Assembly: GCA_964408995.1 (NCBI GenBank)
Contig: CAYPBP010000001.1
Span: 10,823 to 74,822, forward strand
From: an uncultured Gammaproteobacteria bacterium
GTDB taxonomy: Bacteria; Patescibacteriota; Microgenomatia; UBA12405
DNA: 64,000 bases
Reading direction: 5' to 3'
The notes below the pieces were generated by a model that was not told the origin of the DNA, made no database searches, and saw only the letters and a list, made by a program, of their open reading frames with translations. Positions 50,250-57,714 of this stretch are shown one piece after another (position 1 is the first letter of the stretch; the number at the start of each line of letters is the position of its first letter). Position numbers and translations under genes: made by a program.

Positions 50250-50273
50250 AAACCCTTTTCCTTTAAAATAGTC

Positions 50274-50328
50274 GCCGGCAGGATATTGTAAATAATTTAT
50301 TATTTATCTCTATCTCTGCCGGTTTTTT
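50274..50328 (+). terminator. Long-stem intrinsic terminator
   Basis: gccggcag...ctgccgg stem with inner taaataat/attattta pairing, then a T6 tract. Confidence 0.8.
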
Positions 50329-50412
50329 CGTATTTTTAGGTCTAAATTTGAAATGTAATGCCAAATTTTGCCTAAAAATACAATCCCGCAACTGCGGGAT
50401 GATATCCTCTCT

Positions 50413-50439
50413 CTAAAGTTCTAACCATCTAAAGTTCTA
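50413..50439 (+). repeat. 8-bp-period array upstream of the ugd -10 box
   Basis: ctaaagtt ctaaccat ctaaagtt cta. Confidence 0.7.
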
Positions 50440-50459
50440 TTATGCTTTATAATATTCCT

Positions 50460-51755
50460 ATGAACAAAATAACAGTTATTGGAGTTGGTTATGTAGGTTT
50501 AGTTACTAGTACTTGTTTTGCCGAACTCGGCAATCAAGTCATTGGTGTTGATATTGATCAAAACAAAATTGACAATTTAAACAAAGGTATTATTCCAATC
50601 TACGAAGAAGACTTAACAGATTTAGTTGTCAAAAATCATAAATCTGGAAACTTATCTTTTACTACTGATATTTCTAAAGCTGTTAAAGAATCAGAAATCA
50701 TTTTTATTGCTGTTGGTACTCCACCAATGCCCGATGGCAGTGTTAATTTGGAATATGTTAAAGCTGTGGCCCAATCTATTGGCAAAAATATGAACGGTTA
50801 TAAAGTGATTATCAACAAATCTACTGTTCCTATTGGCACCGGTAACATTGTTAAAACCATTATTAATGAAAACTATAAAGGCAAATTCGATGTTGTTTCT
50901 AATCCAGAATTTTTAAGAGAGGGGAGTGCTGTCTATGATTTTATGAACCCTGATCGAATTATTGTTGGCACTGATTCGCCAAAAGCTCAAAAAATAATAA
51001 ATGATTTATATGCTCCTCAAAATTCAACTATTGTTAATACCGACATCAAAACAGCTGAACTAATTAAATATGCTTCTAATGCCTTTCTGGCCACTGAAAT
51101 CTCCTTTATAAATTCTATTGCTAATATCTGTGAAAAAATTGGAGCTGATGTCAATGATGTTTCCCAAGGTATGAAACTTGATAATCGAATTGGTAAAAAA
51201 GCTTTTTTAAGTGCTGGAATTGGTTATGGTGGTAGTTGTTTTCCAAAAGATGTTAAAGGCCTAATTCAAATTGCCCAAGAAAATGGTGTTCCTTTTAGTA
51301 TTCTTGATGCTGTGGAAGACACTAATTTAGCTCAAAAACAATCTTTATTACCTAAGATCCAATCTCTTTTAGGTCAAGATTTAAACGATAAAAATATTAC
51401 TATTTGGGGATTAGCTTTTAAACCAAATACTGATGATATGCGTGAAGCTCCATCATTGGTTGTCATTAAACAACTCTTAGATCGCAATGCCAATATCACT
51501 GTAGTTGATAAAGTCGCTACCAATCAAGCTAAATTAATTTTAAAAAATACTGTAAATTATGAAACTGATTTAATCAAATCGGTCACCAATGCTGATTGTT
51601 TAGTTATTGCTACCGAATGGGAAGAATTTAAAAATGTTGATTTAAAACAAATTAAAAAATCAATAAAAAAAGCAAATGTTGTTGACGGCCGAAATATTTT
51701 TGACAAAAAAGAAATGAAAAAACTAGGCTTTAAATATATTTCTGTTGGTAGATAA
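50460..51755 (+). CDS. ugd: UDP-glucose 6-dehydrogenase
   Basis: 'GVGYVGL', 'SNPEFLREG', 'GYGGSCFPKD'; ATG 50460 lies 6 nt after TATAAT. Confidence 0.93.
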   Translation: MNKITVIGVGYVGLVTSTCFAELGNQVIGVDIDQNKIDNLNKGIIPIYEEDLTDLVVKNHKSGNLSFTTDISKAVKESEIIFIAVGTPPMPDGSVNLEYVKAVAQSIGKNMNGYKVIINKSTVPIGTGNIVKTIINENYKGKFDVVSNPEFLREGSAVYDFMNPDRIIVGTDSPKAQKIINDLYAPQNSTIVNTDIKTAELIKYASNAFLATEISFINSIANICEKIGADVNDVSQGMKLDNRIGKKAFLSAGIGYGGSCFPKDVKGLIQIAQENGVPFSILDAVEDTNLAQKQSLLPKIQSLLGQDLNDKNITIWGLAFKPNTDDMREAPSLVVIKQLLDRNANITVVDKVATNQAKLILKNTVNYETDLIKSVTNADCLVIATEWEEFKNVDLKQIKKSIKKANVVDGRNIFDKKEMKKLGFKYISVGR

Positions 51756-51761
51756 AAATAA

Positions 51762-51811
51762 AAACCTCTTTGTCTCACTTCATTCGACATCTCCCCTTAA
51801 AAAAGGGAGAT
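51762..51811 (-). repeat. REP-like double hairpin, divergent intergenic relative of the 47-bp element
   Basis: Reverse complement: ctccctttttt aaggggag atgtc gaatgaagtga gac aaagaggttt. Confidence 0.6.
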
Positions 51812-51840
51812 AAAAAAATAATTTACAGATTTGGGTTTTA

Positions 51841-51888
51841 TTCGGTTTTAGTCATTGACAAGACTAACTAGTCGAGTATTATTTTGAT
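51841..51888 (+). promoter_or_regulatory. Promoter homologous to 29398-29445
   Basis: ttcggttttagtcaTTGACA-16 nt-TATTAT-6 nt-ATG. Confidence 0.7.
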
Positions 51889-52932
51889 ATGAACAATAAA
51901 AAATTAATCATTCCGGAAAATTCTTTTACAGAATTTCTCTTATATACCACTCCAAATGAAAAAGTAAAAGTTGAAATCTTTTTACATAATGAAAATATCT
52001 GGCTTACTCAAGAAAAAATTGCTGGACTTTTTGATATAGAAAGAAGTGTTGTTACTAAACATCTACAAAATATTTATAAAGATAATGAACTTGATAAAAA
52101 ATCAACATGTGCAAAAATTGCACAAGTTCAAGTTGAAGGACAAAGAAAAGTTACTAGAAATATTGAATTTTATAATCTAGATGCAATTATTTCTGTTGGA
52201 TATAGAGTAAATAGTAAAAAAGCCACACTTTTTCGTATTTGGGCAACAGAAAGACTTAAAGAATATATTATTAAAGGTTTCACCATGGATGATGAAAGAC
52301 TAAAAAATCCTAATAATTTTTTTGGGCAAGATTACTTTGAAGAACAACTCGCCAGAATTAGAAATATTAGATCCAGTGAAAGACGTATGTATTTAAAAAT
52401 CACTGATATTTATGCTCAATGTAGTGCTGATTATTCACCAGAGAGTGAAATTACTAAACAATTTTTTGCAACCGTTCAAAACAAACTACATTTTGCTATT
52501 ACTGGAAAAACAGCAGCTGAGATTATTTCCCAAAGGGCAAATAATAAAAAAGTAAACATGGGTTTAACTGTTTGGAAAAATTCACCAAAAGGTATTATAC
52601 GTGAATCTGATGTTGTTGTTGCTAAAAATTATTTAAACGAAAAAGAACTTGACCAACTCAACCGCATTGTGACAATGTATCTTGATTATGCTGAAATGCA
52701 AGCCCAAAAAGGAATCATTATGTATATGAAAGATTGGATATCAAAGCTTAATGCTTTTCTAAAATTTAATGAACAAGAAATATTAAAAAACACTGGCAAT
52801 ATAAGTCATGAGGTTGCCCAAGCGTTAGCTTTAAAAGAGTATGAAAAATATAGAATACAACAAGATAAAAACTATATCTCTGATTTTGAAATTGCAGTAA
52901 AAAAACTTTTAGAAAAAAACAAAAATGAATAA
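51889..52932 (+). CDS. Virulence RhuM-family DNA-binding protein
   Basis: 'WLTQ..IA.LF', 'YNLDAIISVGYRVNS', 'FRIWAT', 'KGFTMDDERLK'. Confidence 0.9.
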   Translation: MNNKKLIIPENSFTEFLLYTTPNEKVKVEIFLHNENIWLTQEKIAGLFDIERSVVTKHLQNIYKDNELDKKSTCAKIAQVQVEGQRKVTRNIEFYNLDAIISVGYRVNSKKATLFRIWATERLKEYIIKGFTMDDERLKNPNNFFGQDYFEEQLARIRNIRSSERRMYLKITDIYAQCSADYSPESEITKQFFATVQNKLHFAITGKTAAEIISQRANNKKVNMGLTVWKNSPKGIIRESDVVVAKNYLNEKELDQLNRIVTMYLDYAEMQAQKGIIMYMKDWISKLNAFLKFNEQEILKNTGNISHEVAQALALKEYEKYRIQQDKNYISDFEIAVKKLLEKNKNE

Positions 52933-53746
52933 TAACCATCTAGCCATTTTTAAAGGCAAAAAAATTAGAAGAACAATTTATTTAAATGAGTGGTATTTCT
53001 CAGTTGTGGATGTGATTGAAGCACTCACTAATAGTGTTAATCCTAACGACTATTGGTTTAAAATGAAAATACGAGTTAAAAACGATGATGGATTTCAGTT
53101 ATCGACAATTTGTCGACAACTGAAACTTGAATCATCTGATGGGAAAAAATACTCAACTGATTGTGCCAATACAGAAGGAATATTTAGAATTATTCAATCA
53201 ATTCCATCGCCAAAAGCCGAACCATTCAAACTTTGGTTAGCCAGAGTTGGTTATGAACGAGTTCAAGAAATTGAAGATCCAGAGTTAGCTACCAAAAGAA
53301 CAAGAGCCTTATATAAAGCCAAAGGTTATCCAGACTCTTGGATTGAAAAACGAATGCGAGGAATTGAAGTTAGGGAAACCCTAACTGATGAATGGAAAAA
53401 AAGAGATGTTGGTGGTGATCTTGAATATGCCATATTGACAGCCGAAATTTCTAAAGCCACTTTTGGAATGACACCATCTGAATATAAAGAATTCAAAGGC
53501 ATTAAAAGAGAAAATCTTCGAGATCATATGAATGATTTAGAACTAATTTTTTCAATGCTAGGTGAAGCTTCAACTACTGAAATTGCCAAGAATAAAGACA
53601 CTAAAGGATTTGTGGAAAACAAACAAGTAGCTAAAGAAGGTGGCACTGTGGCTGGCCATGCCAGAAAAGAACTAGAGCAAAAAAGCGGAAAAAAAGTATC
53701 AACTAAAAAAAATTATTTATCAATAAACAAAAATTACCTGAAATAA
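52925..53746 (+). CDS. Bro-N domain protein, paralog of 28573..29397
   Basis: N-terminal half nearly identical to the first copy. Confidence 0.88.
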   Translation: MNNNHLAIFKGKKIRRTIYLNEWYFSVVDVIEALTNSVNPNDYWFKMKIRVKNDDGFQLSTICRQLKLESSDGKKYSTDCANTEGIFRIIQSIPSPKAEPFKLWLARVGYERVQEIEDPELATKRTRALYKAKGYPDSWIEKRMRGIEVRETLTDEWKKRDVGGDLEYAILTAEISKATFGMTPSEYKEFKGIKRENLRDHMNDLELIFSMLGEASTTEIAKNKDTKGFVENKQVAKEGGTVAGHARKELEQKSGKKVSTKKNYLSINKNYLK

Positions 53747-53747
53747 T

Positions 53748-54998
53748 TTATTTAACAAAAGATTTTAGTCCAATCACCATTGCCACCAACACCACCAATT
53801 CGCTGATTATTAAACTTATTCCACCTTGGACAAATCCTAATTTTGGAACTAATAAATAATTAGTTGTCAAATTTACTATAGTTCCAATTAAAATTGCCCA
53901 AAAAATCATTTTTTGTTTATGTTTTATTAAAAGTAAATTCCCCACAAAAACTCTAAAATAATTAATTACTCCCGACCAAATTAAAAGACTCATAACTCCA
54001 GACGAAACTACAAAAGACTCTCCATAAATCAGTCTAATAATTAAATCTCTTTGCCAAGTTATCAATAAAGCCAAAGGAATTAACCCAACTAAAGACAAAG
54101 ATAAAACTATTTTCATCAATTTCTTAGCCGTTTCTAATTTATCTTGATGAAATAAAACTGTTAACCGAGGAAAAATCACATTGTTAATCACATTAATACT
54201 TTGAAAAGCAAAAAGTATTTTATAAGCAGTTTGATACCAACCAACTTGACTATTACCAAAATATCGACCAATCAATAAAGTGTCATTATTTGCATAAATC
54301 ACTGTCGCTATTGTTATCCCCAAAAGAGGCAAAGCTTCTATTATCAATTCTTTCCAAAAAACAAAATCAAAGGCTATTTTAATTTTAATTTTTAACAAAC
54401 TTGTTTGCCACATTCCCAAAAACATAGCTATTAAAGTTGCTATGCTATAACCCAAAGCCAAATGAATAGCTCTCCCATTGAAATTGACAATTAATAAAGC
54501 AGTTACCAAAAATCCTAAATAAAAAACCATTTGATTTAAAAAAACCATTTCCATTTTTTCCCAAGCCCTAAAAATTGATCCAAATAATCCCAAGAAACTT
54601 TGACTTAAACAAAAAACCAAAGTTAGTATTAATAGTTCTATTGAAACTGGTTTGTTAATAAACAAAAAAGAACTGGCAAATAATAAAACAACTAATAACG
54701 ACAAAGCCAACTTTAATCCAAGTAAATTATTTAAATATTTTTCACTTAAATCTTTATGCTTAGCAATATCCCTAATTGCTATCGTTGATAATCCAAAATC
54801 AGCTAAAACCACAAATAAAGACACATAAGCAAAAGCTAGATTATAAGCTCCAAATTCTTCTGGACCCCAAAATCTAACCAAAGCAACAATCACTACAAAC
54901 ATCAAGATCTTGGAAAAAAATTCCAAAGCACTTAACCAAAAAGTATTTTTGATTAGAATATGTTTGTTAGATAATTCTTTTTCAGTATTTAAAATCAT
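53748..54998 (-). CDS. wzx: Polysaccharide flippase (Wzx/MOP family)
   Basis: 'KNTFWL', 'DFGL....RDIA', 'DTLLIG', 'VGWYQTAY'. Confidence 0.85.
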   Translation of the reverse strand: MILNTEKELSNKHILIKNTFWLSALEFFSKILMFVVIVALVRFWGPEEFGAYNLAFAYVSLFVVLADFGLSTIAIRDIAKHKDLSEKYLNNLLGLKLALSLLVVLLFASSFLFINKPVSIELLILTLVFCLSQSFLGLFGSIFRAWEKMEMVFLNQMVFYLGFLVTALLIVNFNGRAIHLALGYSIATLIAMFLGMWQTSLLKIKIKIAFDFVFWKELIIEALPLLGITIATVIYANNDTLLIGRYFGNSQVGWYQTAYKILFAFQSINVINNVIFPRLTVLFHQDKLETAKKLMKIVLSLSLVGLIPLALLITWQRDLIIRLIYGESFVVSSGVMSLLIWSGVINYFRVFVGNLLLIKHKQKMIFWAILIGTIVNLTTNYLLVPKLGFVQGGISLIISELVVLVAMVIGLKSFVK

Positions 54999-55966
54999 TT
55001 TTTAAATTGTTTATGCCAATTCCAAGCACTGCTGACAATGATTTCCAAATCAAAATACTTTGGCTCCCATTTTAAAACATTTTTAGCTTTGCTTGCGTCA
55101 GCAATTAATTCTGGTGGATCACCAGCCCTGCGATCTTTGGGAGTTACTTTAAAATCAATTTGAGTAACTTTTTTGGCCATATCAATTACTTCTTTGACAG
55201 AAAAGCCTTTACCGTTGCCCAAATTAAAACAATCACTTTGACCCCCGTCCATCAAATATTTCAAAGCCAACACATGAGCATCGGCCAAATCAGTCACATG
55301 GATATAATCACGAATACAAGTTCCATCTGGGGTTGGATAATCAGTTCCAAAAACTCCAATTTCTTCCCTGGCCCCAATAGCCGCATCTAGCACCAATGGA
55401 ATCAAATTTGAACTGCTTCCTTGCCATTCACCAGTTTCACCATCTAAATCAGCTCCACAAGCGTTGAAATATCTCAATGACACATACTTAAAACCATAAG
55501 CTGAAGAATAATCACGCATTATATGTTCTGTTATTAATTTAGTTTCGCCATATGGATTGATAGGGGATTGTGGGTGTTTTTCATCAAGAGGCATATATTG
55601 TGGTTCTCCATAAACTGCCGCTGATGAAGAAAAGATAAATTTATCCACCTTATTTTCCATCATCACCTTAAATAAATTCAAAGCGTTAGATACATTATTA
55701 ATATAATATTTTTGAGGATCAACTACCGATTCACCAACTGCTTTAAAAGCAGCAAAATGAAATACTGCTTCAATCGGATATTTTTTAAAAACTTCTCTAA
55801 TATTTTCAATATTTCCCAAATCACCTTCGAAAAATTCTCCCCATTTAACCAAATCTTTTTTACCCGAAGACAAGTTATCAAAAACAACTGTTTTGTAACC
55901 TTGTTTAGTCAGTTCTTTGTTAATATGAGAACCAATATATCCAGCTCCCCCTACAATTAAAATCAT
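54995..55966 (-). CDS. galE: UDP-glucose 4-epimerase
   Basis: 'GGAGYIGSH', 'YGETK', 'LRYFNACGA', 'DGTCIRDYIHV'. Confidence 0.95.
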   Translation of the reverse strand: MILIVGGAGYIGSHINKELTKQGYKTVVFDNLSSGKKDLVKWGEFFEGDLGNIENIREVFKKYPIEAVFHFAAFKAVGESVVDPQKYYINNVSNALNLFKVMMENKVDKFIFSSSAAVYGEPQYMPLDEKHPQSPINPYGETKLITEHIMRDYSSAYGFKYVSLRYFNACGADLDGETGEWQGSSSNLIPLVLDAAIGAREEIGVFGTDYPTPDGTCIRDYIHVTDLADAHVLALKYLMDGGQSDCFNLGNGKGFSVKEVIDMAKKVTQIDFKVTPKDRRAGDPPELIADASKAKNVLKWEPKYFDLEIIVSSAWNWHKQFKK

Positions 55967-55967
55967 A

Positions 55968-56008
55968 TTTAGTTTAATAGATAAATAGATAAATAGTTTA
56001 ATAGATAA
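55968..56008 (-). repeat. 8-bp-period array downstream of four-helix-bundle gene 2
   Basis: Minus strand ttatctat taaactat ttatctat ttatctat taaactaa; fills the whole intergenic gap. Confidence 0.85.
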
Positions 56009-56374
56009 TCAATAACTACAACTTTTTACCTTTGTTAATAATGAGTTTAACATTTTTGCTACTTCTATTGATAAATTAACAAGTCTTTCAAATTCATCAT
56101 TATTAATATATTCCAAATCTCTCGATAATTCTAAAAAATACTGTGTTTCAGACAAAGAACCTCTAGCCTGAACTAAAAACTGAGCAAATTCTTTGCTTGA
56201 TCTTCTGGCATTACCTTCTACAATATTTGCTGGAACAGAGCTAGAAGCTCTTCTTAATTGAGAAATAATTCCAAACAATTCATCTTTTGGATATGTTTTA
56301 GTAATTTTATACACCTCTAAAGTATACTCGTGGGCTTTTTTCCAAACTAATATATTATGGTACAACACAAACAA
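56009..56374 (-). CDS. Four-helix-bundle protein (23S rRNA IVP / TIGR02436-like)
   Basis: 'VWKKAH', 'YPKDELFGIISQLRRASSSVPANIVEG', 'ARGSLSE'. Confidence 0.92.
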   Translation of the reverse strand: MFVLYHNILVWKKAHEYTLEVYKITKTYPKDELFGIISQLRRASSSVPANIVEGNARRSSKEFAQFLVQARGSLSETQYFLELSRDLEYINNDEFERLVNLSIEVAKMLNSLLTKVKSCSY

Positions 56375-56375
56375 T

Positions 56376-56415
56376 TCTACTACTCAACTACTTATCTAAT
56401 CAACTACTTATCTAA
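56376..56415 (+). repeat. 8-bp-period array upstream of four-helix-bundle gene 2, inverted relative to the downstream array
   Basis: tctactac tcaactac ttatctaa tcaactac ttatctaa; includes the metK stop codon. Confidence 0.85.
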
Positions 56416-57511
56416 TCTCTTCCCATGGATACTCTTCATACCCAAAATGCCCATATTTAGCTGTGTTTTTATAGATTGGTCTTTTTAAATCAAATTTATC
56501 AATAATTCCTTTAACTGATAAATCCATTAAATTCCAAGCAAAATCATTAATTTCTGACAAATCTTTTTTGGATGTTCCAAAAGTTTCAATTGATTTACAA
56601 ATAAGATCCCGAAGACCAATTACATAGGCCAATTGCACTTCACATCTATCGGCCAACCCTGCTGCTACAATATTTTTAGCAATATATCTGGCTGCATAGG
56701 CTGCACTACGATCAACTTTTGTTGGATCTTTTCCCGAAAAACAACCACCACCAATTCTGCCCATGCCACCATAAGTATCCACCACAATTTTTCTACCAGT
56801 CACTCCCGTATCTGATGCTGGACCACCAATTTCCCAAGCCCCAGTTCCATTAAAAATAATTTCTTCTTCTGTTAACTTGTTTAGATTATATTTTTGCAAA
56901 ACTGGTAAAACAGCCAAATTATATAAATCAGATTTAACTTTTTCTTTATCAACTTGAGGATCAAATGGTTTGGCTAAAACTATTTTTTCAATTTTAGAAA
57001 CTTTACCATTTTCGTAACTAACACTTACTTCTGCTTTTCCATCCGGTCTTAAATAATTTAATTCACCAAATTGAAGTTCATCCATTTTTTTACAAAGTTC
57101 ATGAGACAAAACAATTGGCAAAGGCATTAGTTGTGGCGTTTCATTACAAGCATAACCAAACATCATTCCCTGATCTCCAGCTCCATCATTATCTGCACCA
57201 ATAGCAATATCTTTTGATTGCTGATGAACTAAAACCTCAATATCTGCACTTTCATCAAAATTTAAAATTGGATCTGTGTAACCAATTTCTTTAATTACTT
57301 TTTTAGCAATTTCAATATAATCCAAACTTTGACTACAAGTAACTTCACCTGCCATCACTATTTTATTAGTTGTTACTAAAGTTTCCAAAGCTACTCTAGC
57401 ATTTTTATCAACTATTAAAGCTGCATCTAGAACAGCATCTGAAATTTGATCCGAAACCTTATCTGGATGACCACAACACACTGACTCTGACGTAAATAGG
57501 AGATAATTCAT
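56408..57511 (-). CDS. metK: S-adenosylmethionine synthetase
   Basis: 'FTSESV..GHPDK', 'GAGDQG', 'GGGCFSGKDPTKVDRS'. Confidence 0.97.
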   Translation of the reverse strand: MNYLLFTSESVCCGHPDKVSDQISDAVLDAALIVDKNARVALETLVTTNKIVMAGEVTCSQSLDYIEIAKKVIKEIGYTDPILNFDESADIEVLVHQQSKDIAIGADNDGAGDQGMMFGYACNETPQLMPLPIVLSHELCKKMDELQFGELNYLRPDGKAEVSVSYENGKVSKIEKIVLAKPFDPQVDKEKVKSDLYNLAVLPVLQKYNLNKLTEEEIIFNGTGAWEIGGPASDTGVTGRKIVVDTYGGMGRIGGGCFSGKDPTKVDRSAAYAARYIAKNIVAAGLADRCEVQLAYVIGLRDLICKSIETFGTSKKDLSEINDFAWNLMDLSVKGIIDKFDLKRPIYKNTAKYGHFGYEEYPWEEIR

Positions 57512-57541
57512 TATTTTTCCTCCGTTTTAATTAATAAAGAG

Positions 57542-57639
57542 GCTTGTCTTTCTACTATTTAGTAGAAAAAAGCACCGCGAGTCTCGATTTATCGGACCTC
57601 GGTTGCTGCCCTGAAATTAATCAGGACTCTTAACAAAGC
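57542..57639 (-). ncRNA. SAM-I-superfamily riboswitch
   Basis: Upstream of metK: GCUUUGUUAAGAG...GCAGCAACC...GGUGCU...AAAGACAAGC with P1-P4 stems. Confidence 0.8.
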
Positions 57640-57714
57640 AAAGTTATTCTAGCAAAAAAATAATTAATATTCCAACAATTAATTATAGATAACAAGTATA
57701 ATTAAGCTAATTAA

